A stretch of 63,990 bases of DNA, the filler included, from Folioceros fuciformis (taxonomy: Eukaryota), in the NCBI GenBank assembly GCA_049999805.1. It is 5 parts of 4 records of this genome, joined end to end, with 100 filler letters (N's around TTAATTAATTAA, not from the genome) between each part and the next. Parts side by side here need not be neighbours in the genome. Positions count along the whole stretch, not along the records: positions 1 to 20,793 come from JBNGIO010006264.1; 4 more parts are not named here. The stretch is one strand, 5' to 3'. The position numbers and the translations under genes were made by a program. This document shows positions 1-10,209 of this stretch, in pieces. The first letter of the stretch is position 1, and each line of letters begins with the position of its first letter. The notes below the pieces were generated by a model, which saw nothing but the letters and a program-made list of their open reading frames with translations, was not told the DNA's origin and did no database searches.

Positions 1-2495
1 CATGCCGTGGCGTTTGCCAGGTTGGCCCAGGCACAACAGCAGCAGCAGCAGCAGCAGATGGCGGGGACTGCGGCTGGTGCCGCACCGGGGTCGGGTCCCG
101 GCATGGTTTTGCAGCCGAGCGGCCCCAGCGGGACTTTCTTGCCTATGCAGAGGCAGCAGTCGGGGATGGGGCTGGAGGTGGTGGAGGCGGGGTTGGACCC
201 GCAGCAGCGGCAGCGGCTGGAGCAGCAGCGCAAGAGTCAGGCGCAGGCGCAGCGGCGGCAGGAGGCTAGGAAGAAGCGCAAGATCCAGCAGGAGCAGAAG
301 TTGCAGAAGAAGGCCAAGAAGGAGGATGAGGCTCCCCGAGGCAAGTCGCAGCAACAACAGCAGCCCGGCCGAGCTTCCACTCCGCCACCTCTCAAGACCG
401 CCTCTTCCGTGCCCTCCAATTGCAAGGAGGTGTCGTCGCCGCCAGACAGCCAGGAGGGCACGGCGTCGGCATCGGCGTCGTTGTCTGCCCGCTCGGCGGG
501 TAGCGGGGGCGGGTTCAGGAGGGTGGGGAGCGGGTCCTGGCCGGCTGCTTCTGCCGGAGAGCAGGAGGAGGGAGCCGGAGAGCAGACGCAGGAGCTGAAG
601 CGTGCGCTGCAGATCTACGGGAAGGAGAAGGAGGTTGATGTAGCGTCTTCCGCCGTGCATTTGCAGAGGCTGAAGGCTGAGGAGGCTGTGCGGCCGCTGC
701 CGGCTTCGGACGGTGGAGGGCAGGGACAAGGTCAAGGTTTGGGTCATGGTCCTGCTGGTCTCGCTATTCCTGTTCCTGCACCGGGCTCAGCTCCGGGTGC
801 GCCTTTGAATGTTATGGACTTCGCCAGGCTGAGCCAGGAGGGATGGTTCCAGAAGTTTATGGAGATGCAGATGCTGAACCCCGGGCTTCCTCAGGCCGCT
901 GTGGCTTTCATGCAGGAGCATGGAGTGGGACCGGTGCCCGTGCCCGTGTCTGAGCACGGGCAGCAGCGTCGGAGGGAGCCGCTGGAGAGGACCTCGTCCG
1001 TGGAGCATGAGAGGGTGGGGAACAATGCGGGTGAGAATGGAGGGGAGAGGAAGGGCAGTCCCATGAGGTACGATGGGAGGAATGTGGAGAAGGTGGCACC
1101 TTTGCCCACGGCCGCTCAGTACCCTAGCATGCCTGGCATGCCTGGTGTGCCTCCAGGATTTCCCCCTGCAAACTTCATGCACATGCCGTATCCTTTCCCC
1201 ATTCCCATCCCGCCCAATGCTGCCGGGTTTCCCTTCCCTTTCCCATACGTGCTGCAGCCCGGGCCTGCTCCTGGAGGAGGGGACGTCCGGCCGATGCCTG
1301 TGACGAGTGGAGGTCCGTATCAGCTGTTGGTGACCCCCCCTGGCTTTGCCCCTTTTCTTCCTTCTCCGGAAATGGGCAATCCATGGCCACAGGTGGTGCG
1401 GCCTCAGGCGGCCGCCGTGGCCCCTGTGGCGGCTGTGTCGCCCCCCCGGTCCCTCGTTAGAACCGCGTCCGGGATGTCTGAAGACGATGCTGGGAGGAAT
1501 CAAGGTAAATGATGGTGATGTCATGGCTGGCATGTGGGTTGTATGTGGAGTGTATGGGTCTGATGAGTTTGTGGATATGTCTGGGCATGTGTCTCATGGC
1601 TGTTTTGGCCCGGGTTGCAGGAATGAAGTCCAGTGACAAGCGCCGGAGCCGGGCTTCGTCTCCCAGTGAGGAAGAAAGAAGTGGTGGGAATGCTGCGCGG
1701 GTTGCACCGTCGACAGGCGCTGTGAGACCCGTCGGGGCCTTCGCTCCTATGAGGAACGGGCCTCTGCCGGGCTTCTCCGTGCCCCCTCAGTTCGGGCTTG
1801 CACGGAATGTGTCTGAGGGAGGGGAGAGACTCCTGCCGAGAGAGGGAAGTGTGGGGAGTGCTTTTGCCAGCTTGTCCATGACCAGCGAGGTCATGGAAGG
1901 AGGAGAGGGCAAATCTCCACAGCAGAACAAGGCTCCGCCACAGAACGGAGTGAAGGTGGAGCGTCCTCAGCCCAGAGTCCTGGGGGAGGGACCTGCACAG
2001 GAGGAGTCGGCTGGGTCTGTGGTTGACACTCAGCTGGAAACCCCCGGAGCGGATGCCACCAATGCAGAGGAGATGGAGCGAGCAGGTGCAGCGGCAGCCC
2101 CACACCCCAACGGTGAAGCAAATAACTCTGCCTCTGCTGCCACCGGCAATACCTCTGCCAATGGTCCAGCATCCGTCGAGAAAGGCATCCCGGATAATAT
2201 CAGCAGCAAGATTGCCCCTGGCATTGCTCCTGGGGAAACCTTCGGAGGAACAGGACAGATTCCAGCTCTGCCTTGGGTGCAGTGCACCGGGGCTGGCCCC
2301 AACGGAAAGACCATATGTGGGGCTCTGTACAGCTGTCAGAGGGTGATCAGGATCGTGTGCAAGTGCCATGGCAACCACATGTCTGCAGCCGATTTCGTGA
2401 AGCACGCCGGAGGAGTTGACACTACCAACCCGGAGAAGTTCATTACTGTGTCACACTACACTTTGCCAACTCAAGCGGCGATTGCACACGGCTGA
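1..2495 (+). CDS. NINJA/AFP-family transcriptional adaptor, 5'-partial; exons <1-1504 and 1621-2495
   Basis: NINJA-B-like motif RKSQAQAQRRQEARKKRK and C-terminal TIFY-binding domain LPWVQCTGAGPNGKTICGALY...IRIVCKCHGNHMSAADFVKHAG. A GT..AG intron at 1505-1620 joins ORFs 7..1512 and 1509..2495 in frame (NQG|MKSS). Confidence 0.85.
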
Positions 2496-2743
2496 CGGCC
2501 TATTTGTTGAAAACATGTCTGCAGCCTTTCCTCATCCTTCGTAGCCTCTTCTTATTAACTACCCAGGCAGCTGTATATAGATCCATCTATAATGGTCCTC
2601 CTTCCCTCCTACCTTCTCCAAGCTCTCGGGAATACTTCGACGAGGTCAAGTTCCTCGGACGGCATGCGAAGCGTGCCACTATTGTCTTTCCCTGAATTTT
2701 GTACCTTGGATCATATCCCCTTTGCGTAAATCGGAGCGGGACC

Positions 2744-2751
2744 TAGGGTTT
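2744..2751 (-). promoter_or_regulatory. telo-box (AAACCCTA) upstream of the UBE3D-like gene
   Basis: TAGGGTTT 25 nt before ATG 2777; known plant promoter element, function here untested. Confidence 0.4.
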
Positions 2752-2776
2752 TGAGAGTCCAGCGCGAGAATTGGCG

Positions 2777-4306
2777 ATGGCGGGTTGGCGGCTGTTGTTC
2801 GAGGCCGTTCCCACAGTGCGATTGCTGCGGATGTTCTTGTCCAAAGCCGGGGTGGCTCCCTCCGTGAGCTTTCTGAACGTGGATGTGCGGTTGCTGGTGA
2901 CGTCGTCTTCCCGCACTCCCATTTTGAGGTGCCGATGGCGGAACGCGGAGTACGGTGAGGAGGAGATGGTGGAGGCGAAGCTGCCTCTGTGCTTAGTGGA
3001 TCATCTGGTTCCTGTCAGCGTGACGGTAAGAGCGGATCACTTGGATTGCAAATTGAAACTCCTTGCGATGGAGTCGGCACTGCTGAGCGTCTTGGAGGTG
3101 GAGGATTCGGGTGGGAAAGAAGAAACAATGGCGGTGCTCCGTTTGGAGGCAGATCTGCAGGCGATGGCGGCGCTGGAAGAGGTTGTGTTCTGGTGCAACG
3201 CGTGCTCGGCTAAGCTCATGAAGACGCCGGTGACGCGCGTTCTGGAGCTGCCCCCGGTGAACTGGCAGGAGCTGAGTGATGACTGGTATGGCGGCTGCTG
3301 TTGCGAGGACAAGTCCAGGTCCAGGTCGCTTGTTGCGCGGTGCGGCGGCTCGTTGATTCCTTCCGCAGGGACTTGCCTCCTCGGGCCTGCGTTCTGCGTT
3401 GTGGATGCCTCGGATGTGGTTGGAGAGAGGGGGTTCACGGGTATAACGCAGTTCAGAGAGCGGTTAGCCGCATGGTTGGAGCACGAATCCAGTGATGTTG
3501 CGGAGGTCGTCAATGATGTAAGAAACGGTGATGGGGAGAGAGAGGATCGAGGATGCGGTGAAGCGGGTGTCGAAGTGAGAGTACTCGACGATTTGGAACC
3601 TGGTGAAAGTCACACCCACCGTTGTCGGGCTGCGAACCTGTGGGCCGACCTCCCCGAGACTGCTGCCGTGCAAAAAAGCTTTCCTGGAAATGCTGCGAGG
3701 CTGCAAGGTGCGGAGCAGACGGGGTCCGGATGGTTGCCCTACTTGTGCCACAATTGTTCGTCATTGATAGGTTCTGTCGCAGCTCTTCAGCAGCTAGGGA
3801 ATTCCGTGCACGAGCTGCACCTTTTCAAGTGTCACATCTCAACAGACATAGCCAGTGGCAGTAGAAGCAATGTTTTCAGGTCTCACACTCCTGAAAAGGT
3901 TCTTGCCAATGAGATCCTGTCTAGGGTTCAGGGGGATGCAACTTACAAGTTTCTGGTACGCGACTTGCAGTACAAAACTCCTCTCTTGCAGCTCCTGGTG
4001 CTGAACCACGAAGTGTGGACGGGCAGCGAAGTTGTCGAGTCAGGCAGTGATGCTGCCACCGTTTCTGGATCATGTCCGACTCGTTTGCAGTCGATGATGA
4101 AAGTTGGGTTTCGTGAAACGAGCAGCCTTGCCGAATATGAGCTGAAAGGTGTCGAGGATTGGTCCCGTAAGCGAGACGTCGACGATCTTTTGATGTGGAA
4201 AGAAGACGCGAGCGACGTGGTAAAGTCTCTGCTGCATAGGAAGGAAATGGTGCCACCCTCATGTCAATCTTTTCAGCAATTTAGTATTTCCTTCATGGAG
4301 AAGTGA
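2777..4306 (+). CDS. E3 ubiquitin ligase E3D-like (HECT_2 / E2-binding family), intronless
   Basis: CxxC (CNAC) followed by RVLELPPVNWQELSDDWYGGCCC, second CxxC (CHNCSSLIG) and LFKCHI; single 509-aa ORF from the first ATG. Confidence 0.8.
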   Translation: MAGWRLLFEAVPTVRLLRMFLSKAGVAPSVSFLNVDVRLLVTSSSRTPILRCRWRNAEYGEEEMVEAKLPLCLVDHLVPVSVTVRADHLDCKLKLLAMESALLSVLEVEDSGGKEETMAVLRLEADLQAMAALEEVVFWCNACSAKLMKTPVTRVLELPPVNWQELSDDWYGGCCCEDKSRSRSLVARCGGSLIPSAGTCLLGPAFCVVDASDVVGERGFTGITQFRERLAAWLEHESSDVAEVVNDVRNGDGEREDRGCGEAGVEVRVLDDLEPGESHTHRCRAANLWADLPETAAVQKSFPGNAARLQGAEQTGSGWLPYLCHNCSSLIGSVAALQQLGNSVHELHLFKCHISTDIASGSRSNVFRSHTPEKVLANEILSRVQGDATYKFLVRDLQYKTPLLQLLVLNHEVWTGSEVVESGSDAATVSGSCPTRLQSMMKVGFRETSSLAEYELKGVEDWSRKRDVDDLLMWKEDASDVVKSLLHRKEMVPPSCQSFQQFSISFMEK

Positions 4307-4562
4307 TAATATCCTCCAGCCGAGATGTTTCAATTGAGTTCACGATTTTCCAGGCACAGCTCAGCAGACAGCTGGGTTGGGACCGAATTAAATGCAAGAC
4401 GCCCGAACTTTCAATGCCACGATCAGCACGTTAAGAACCGTCGTGTAGTGACAGACAGCACTCGCTGCTTTTGCCAACTTGCTATTCCACGCGGACTACC
4501 ACCTCCATCAATGGACTGTGGAAGCACTGCTTCACAGATTTCAGCTCAGTTCTATCCGAATT

Positions 4563-5540
4563 TCAGTAAGCGACAACATTCAAATCAAACATTCGCGTTC
4601 CAGTCCTAGGATACCCACACTCAGCAATAACAGGAGCAGAGACTTCTGGGGAAGAACGATGCTTGAGGAAGGGTACCACGTAGTTGAAGGCTTCGAACTC
4701 CGAAATCTGCAAGTGGTTACCACATAGCGAGAGATACGTGACATTGCCAGCTTCTTCGAGGCACCTCAATCCAATCCAATCTTCCTTGTACAAGTCGGTC
4801 TCCTGAGGAGGTAGAACGGTTTTGAAGTCATTCGGAGGGTAGTAGCCAAACCAAGCTGTTTCCTTAGGGATGATCACGTTGTCACGTTCAAATTTGATGA
4901 GAACCAGGTGATGGAGCTTTGAGAAGCGAGCTTTATAGGTTGCGTTCCGGCTTCCGGGAAGCTCGTTGTTCACCTTAGGCAGGAACAGACAACCCTCGTA
5001 ATAATTCTCCAGGTCATTGGGAAGTTTCACATAGCCTGCAGGACCTAGATGATTCTGCACGTAAGTAGAATAAACCCCGTACTTGATGAGGGCATCAACG
5101 GCCATACAGACAACTGTGAGTGTACAGATGGGCACCGAGGCAGTGCCAGCATGAGGTGCAGCGAGCGTGATGAGGTTGTGCACAGGAGGCGCACCATCAC
5201 AAAGCTCAATCATGGCCCTTCCAATAATCCCTCCCTGAGACAAGCCCACCAGGTTGAACCCATTCTCCAGATCCGGAATGGCCTTCACCTGTTGGCATAC
5301 AATATCGACCTGCTTGTCGATCCGCATGAAGAAGGAATCAACGACGCCATTTCCTACTTCAATACAGTAGCCCTTGGCCCCAGTCATTGCCGTAAGGAAC
5401 TCTGTGAACTGACAAACCCCATCGTGTTTGCAGGCATCCAGGACCCCATGAAGAACAACAAACGGCAGAGGCGATACATAAGCGGACACAGCCGCCAACG
5501 ATGACAACAACACAGCTACCACCAACATCCGCCTCCCCAT
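4563..5540 (-). CDS. PPT1: palmitoyl-protein thioesterase 1-like alpha/beta hydrolase, intronless, signal peptide
   Basis: Hydrophobic N-terminus; LPFVVLHGV; GNGVVDSFF; nucleophile elbow GLSQGG; PVHNLITLAAPHAG; D..IIPKETAWFG; LYKEDWIGLR; first ATG at 5540. Confidence 0.9.
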   Translation of the reverse strand: MGRRMLVVAVLLSSLAAVSAYVSPLPFVVLHGVLDACKHDGVCQFTEFLTAMTGAKGYCIEVGNGVVDSFFMRIDKQVDIVCQQVKAIPDLENGFNLVGLSQGGIIGRAMIELCDGAPPVHNLITLAAPHAGTASVPICTLTVVCMAVDALIKYGVYSTYVQNHLGPAGYVKLPNDLENYYEGCLFLPKVNNELPGSRNATYKARFSKLHHLVLIKFERDNVIIPKETAWFGYYPPNDFKTVLPPQETDLYKEDWIGLRCLEEAGNVTYLSLCGNHLQISEFEAFNYVVPFLKHRSSPEVSAPVIAECGYPRTGTRMFDLNVVAY

Positions 5541-5603
5541 TCTACCCCACCACCAGCTTCCAGCTCCCACACTCCCGCCAACCACACCCCCAGACCCTTC
5601 ACT

Positions 5604-6205
5604 TCAATACAGATGCTTCAGATCCTGGACCCTCAGACTCTTCTGATCACGCTTTTGCTTCTTCTCACTCCTCTTTTCCATAGAAGCCAGCGCCTTCTCC
5701 AGAGCCTTCTGCTTCCGTATCTTCACCGCTCTCCGCTTCGTAGCTACCTTCCTAATCCCCCTGCACTCCACAACAACCACATCAGCTCCAAATACTGACC
5801 CAATCTCAGACACCCCGAGCAAGTACCCTCCCACACGTACCCGATCCTCGACTTCCCAATCACAGGCTTGTCTATCCCAATGCTTCCAGTAACCACGCAC
5901 TCCGCAGTGTCCATAGCTGAAAACACCCGCCACCAAGAAGAGTCAGGCAACACGGGGTCCGCAGGTCCACAGCGGAGGACACCACAAGTCTCTAGCCAGC
6001 AGACAGATCAGTGCAGATTCAGGCTTCGTCACCCCACAGTCCAAGGGCCAGCACTAAACTTACTGTCCACGGCAGGAGCGGAGGCGACAGTAGAGCCCTC
6101 GTAGCTAATATCCATCGCGGATCTGTGATCTGACGCCCCATGGCGACCAAGCTGGGCCTGGGCCTTGTTGCTGCTGTTGCTACTGCGCTTCCTCTTCTTG
6201 CCCAT
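5604..6205 (-). CDS. small basic 124-aa protein, Alb1-like / putative ribosome-biogenesis factor; exons 6205-6064, 5916-5841, 5760-5604
   Basis: Hand-built model with two GT..AG introns (147 and 80 nt) gives MGKKRKR...AMD...MDTAE...KRRAVKIRKQKALEKALASMEKRSEKKQKRDQKSLRVQDLKHLY*. It resembles a conserved small plant protein; the function is inferred. Confidence 0.65.
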
Positions 6206-7746
6206 GTCTATGCTCTGCTTATCTACTGCCCAGGCGGGGACTGTCGCATCTATCTCCGGCTGCTTGCGTTTAGGGTAATCTAACCTTATCGATTGTTACC
6301 ATCGCTGCAGGGACCGAGGTGACGGGGCCAGGTTTTTATAGCACTTTTTTTAGAGAATCCATTCTTTCCGCGTCGGCATGTTACTGGTAACGGAAATAAC
6401 AGATCCGAATCCAGTTGGTGGACCGTCATGGGGCTCCTACTGCTCGGTGTTATTATGGCTGTTGTTTTCCGTCAATATTCCACGATGGGGTGCTCGAACG
6501 TTCGGTGCGCTGGGCGCATGGGAAGGTCCGTTTGGAGCTGTGGATGTTCGCAATTCTAGGTGATTCCGTTCTCCCATCTCGGAGAAGCTGTTAACAGGAT
6601 TTCTTTCGACTCCCCAGCATGTGGTATCTCTGGTTGTGGCTGCGTCGTTCGCTGTCGCCACCGTTCTTCGAGTGGTTTGAAGAAAGTGCCTCTGCAAAGG
6701 ATTGAGACGCTGTCAGATCATGGACTTCGGATGAGATACACGAACTATGCGGGGACCAAGCGAGAAACATATCAAACCGTCAAGACAACAGCATTCCTAA
6801 CAGCACACGACAGTTGAGGATCGCCCGTGGCCGAGACTAACCTGCCCGAGTCCATTATGAATCGTGAGGGCTGAAGCCTAGTTTCAGATCGGCCACACTG
6901 ACAAGAGTCACACGCTGCAACAAAATTGACGACGAAACAAAGCCACACAATGTGCGGAAAGCTCGAAAGGATGTGACCTTCCCTGACTTTCTGCAGATGC
7001 AAGGCATGGCCAGGAACACCGCGCCAGGCTGCTGTTCAGTCTGTTTCAGCCGTCCTACAGCCTAAATCCGAGAGGAATTCAAACGGCATGCAGCAGGTGG
7101 ACTTGTTCATAGCCCCTAAACCCTTGCCTTGGAAAGGTTGAAGCCCTGCCCAATCCGACATCGTCACACCGAGAGGAGAAGGGAGCCAATCCTCTGCACA
7201 GCTCGCCTTTTGGCGATCCCGCCCGGCCCGTCTTCTTACGGCCGGCCTGCGTCCTGCTCGTCGTCCGGGGAGCTGGTGTCTCCTCGTCAGGCAACCTGTT
7301 TCCCCTCTACTGTTGTCCATAATTTCGCCGATTAGGGAGTCTTCGTAACATCTTGGTACAAATCCAAGACTTGCCAACACCTTTGCTCCGTTCCTTCTGG
7401 AGAAAGTTCTTCACCTTTGAACCCTACACAGTAAGGTCAGAGGGTTGAGAGGGGAGGAATAGCACGGAAGCAAGAGAATAAGACACCAGAGTTGAGGGTG
7501 AACAGAGTGGAGAGTGACGAGGGGTAAACAACAAAGGTGCGGCCAGGGACAGAAGCATTCCAGGGATAGAGGAAGGTGGGGAAGGCAGGATTCTGAGGAT
7601 TCATTCTGATCACATTGTTATTACGTTTGGTGAGTCCGTGCTAGCCATCGATGTCCATGCATCAGTTTGGACAGCGATGGAGGTAATTAACTTCAACTCG
7701 AAAGCAGTACTCTAGCGCGCACACACTTGAGAACAAGGGCTAGTTC

Positions 7747-10209
7747 TTACGGTCGACCCTTACAACTGCAACAACCAGCTGCGAATCGATGCACGCGGAA
7801 CCCATCCCTTACAACTATGTCTCTCTGTTCAAGCCTAGACATGATCTCCGTGGAACTGTGGCAGTCACTGCACATTCGTAGATTCTTCGTTACCACCAGA
7901 GGTGTCCCACTCGGAGTGTTCAATAGACCAAACGCCAGAGCTAGCTTCTCAGCATGCCCGCAGAGCGCATCTTCCTTTTCCTTCTCACCCAGGGGCTTCA
8001 ACACCAACTTTGTGTGCGGTACGTGGCCTCCTTCCTGTTTTAGACGTGCATTTGTGCTCTCCACCTTCAGCGCAATATCCTCTCTCCTTTCTCCCACCAG
8101 AAACCTATGGACCTCCTTATTCACCTCAATAGTTGCCACTGCAGGTTTCTTGTTAGCTCCTACTACCACTCTCTGTGCTTCAATCCTGTCTACATCGCTC
8201 CACCGGCCTGCATCTGCATAAGCATTGGCCATGAGCACATAGGCGGGTGCCTCCAGGGGGTCCAGTCTAACAATGCTTTCAAAGCACCAGATGGCCCTCT
8301 TTAAATCCCCGTGGCTTTTGCAGGCACTCAACAACGACGTCAATCCCACAACATTACTTTGGCCCTCGCACAATGATAGCATCTTCTCTGCCTCATCTAA
8401 ATGGCCTGCGCGCCCAAGAAGATCAATCATGCAGTTGTAATGCTCAAGAGAAGGTTGGATTCCGTGTCCAGCCATGGAATCAAAGTGTCTGCGGCCGTCG
8501 TCTACCAGTCCCTCATGGCTGCATGCTGTTAAAAGGCAGCTGAAAGTGGCACCATCAGGCTGAATACCGGCAACTAACATCTCCTCAAAACAAGCTAGTG
8601 CTCTCCGACCGTTATCACAAGCACCGTAGCCAGATATCAGGGCATTCCATGTGACAACATTCTTCGTGTTCATGCTGTCAAAAACCTGGCGTGCACCCTC
8701 CACTTCACCACATTTTGCGTACATGTCCACCAAGCAGGTGCTCAACACTACGTCATCCAACAATCCTCTTTCCACAATCTGTGAGTGCAGCTGCCTGCCC
8801 TTCTGCAAGGCACCAGTGCTTGCACACGCCTTCAGGAGGCAAGCAAAAGTAAAATGGTTAGCCAAAATGAGACCTTCTTGCTCCATTTGTTCATACAATG
8901 CAAGGGCTTCTTGGCTGAGGCCTTGCTGGGAATACCCAGCAATAAGTGCCGTCCATGTCACCACATCCTTTGCAGCCATGCTGTCAAAAACCTGGCGTGC
9001 ATCTTCCAGTTCACCGCCTTTTACATACCCAGATATCAAGGCATTCCATGTCACCACATTCTTTGAGGCCATGCTATCAAAAATCCGGCGTGCATCCTTC
9101 ACTTGACCACATCTTGCATACCCAGATATCAGGGCATTCCATGTCACCACATCCTTTGTTGCCATGCCGTCAAAAACCTGGCGTGCATCTGCCAGTTCGC
9201 CACAGTTTGCATACATGTCCACAAGGCAGCTGCCAACAAACAAGTCAACAGGAATGCCACCGCGCAACACATCATGGTGCACTTTTCGGCCGGATTCCAA
9301 GTCGGCGGTAAGCGCACAAGCTTTAAGGGCAGCTACAAAGACGTGCCCATTCCCCTTCACTCCTGACCTCCGCATGTCATGGTACATTTGTATTGCCTCC
9401 TTCGGCTTCCCATGTTTAGCAAATGCAGAGATGATGGAACCCCACGTGATCACATCTGGTCTGCCTACCCTGGTGAACACATCCATGGCCTCCTGTAGTC
9501 TACCCCCACACGCATACATACGCAAGATATGGTTCCCCAAGTACCCATTCAACTCGTACCCAAGTTTGACGCTGAGATCATGAACTCTTCGCCCCAGGAC
9601 CAAATTCTTCTTAGCCGTACACAGTTTCAGCACAGTGCAAAACACGGACGGGCAAGTAGCAGACTCTGTCTGTGCTAGAGCTTCCAGGGCTCCAACGGCC
9701 TCCGCAAGCTTCCCCTGCTGACATAGTCTGCTCACGGTTGCAGCACTAACCAATCTTGCACTCCTCCCAGGTTCAGGCTTATCCAAAAAGCTAGACTCGG
9801 AAGGATAATCACCATGACCCATCTGCATATCGAAGGAAACAAGCTGCTCATCAACCCAAGCTGGCTTGAACATGCTGTTTACCCACAGCCCCTCGTCGGA
9901 GCCCTTACGCCGGAAATCAGGCGAACGGGAGCTCTTCTTATCTCGTCTGTTGTCCCACCACATGGTAGGGTCCAAAAAAAACTGCTCCCACAATTGCTCT
10001 TGCTCCTGGCGACGACCATCGTTTGACAACCCATCCCCACCCACACAGGTCATCGGAAGTGCTGGGTTCCGTACACTGCTGCACCTGGAGGCTTTGTTTG
10101 CCAGGAATTGGCCCCCTAACATGAGGTGAGCAGGAGCTCCTACAAACACACCTGTACACCCTCCAATTTGTTGGATCGACACCGGGTCGGGTTGCCACCC
10201 TGACGCCAT
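7747..10209 (-). CDS. PLS-class PPR protein with N-terminal OSB-type PDF motif, E domains and C-terminal DYW:KP (GRP-type) deaminase-like domain
   Basis: P/L/S repeats (DVVTWNALISGY...), E1/E2, KKPA box in place of the PG box, HAEKLA and CSDC zinc ligands, C-terminus CSCKGRP; intronless 820 aa. Confidence 0.92.
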   Translation of the reverse strand: MASGWQPDPVSIQQIGGCTGVFVGAPAHLMLGGQFLANKASRCSSVRNPALPMTCVGGDGLSNDGRRQEQEQLWEQFFLDPTMWWDNRRDKKSSRSPDFRRKGSDEGLWVNSMFKPAWVDEQLVSFDMQMGHGDYPSESSFLDKPEPGRSARLVSAATVSRLCQQGKLAEAVGALEALAQTESATCPSVFCTVLKLCTAKKNLVLGRRVHDLSVKLGYELNGYLGNHILRMYACGGRLQEAMDVFTRVGRPDVITWGSIISAFAKHGKPKEAIQMYHDMRRSGVKGNGHVFVAALKACALTADLESGRKVHHDVLRGGIPVDLFVGSCLVDMYANCGELADARQVFDGMATKDVVTWNALISGYARCGQVKDARRIFDSMASKNVVTWNALISGYVKGGELEDARQVFDSMAAKDVVTWTALIAGYSQQGLSQEALALYEQMEQEGLILANHFTFACLLKACASTGALQKGRQLHSQIVERGLLDDVVLSTCLVDMYAKCGEVEGARQVFDSMNTKNVVTWNALISGYGACDNGRRALACFEEMLVAGIQPDGATFSCLLTACSHEGLVDDGRRHFDSMAGHGIQPSLEHYNCMIDLLGRAGHLDEAEKMLSLCEGQSNVVGLTSLLSACKSHGDLKRAIWCFESIVRLDPLEAPAYVLMANAYADAGRWSDVDRIEAQRVVVGANKKPAVATIEVNKEVHRFLVGERREDIALKVESTNARLKQEGGHVPHTKLVLKPLGEKEKEDALCGHAEKLALAFGLLNTPSGTPLVVTKNLRMCSDCHSSTEIMSRLEQRDIVVRDGFRVHRFAAGCCSCKGRP

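Noticed and set aside
787-2405. Antisense ORFs of 248 and 294 aa over the NINJA-like gene (similar shadows over the PPR, PHIP1-like and RDM4-like genes)
   Set aside because: Expected shadows of GC-rich coding sequence; no motifs.
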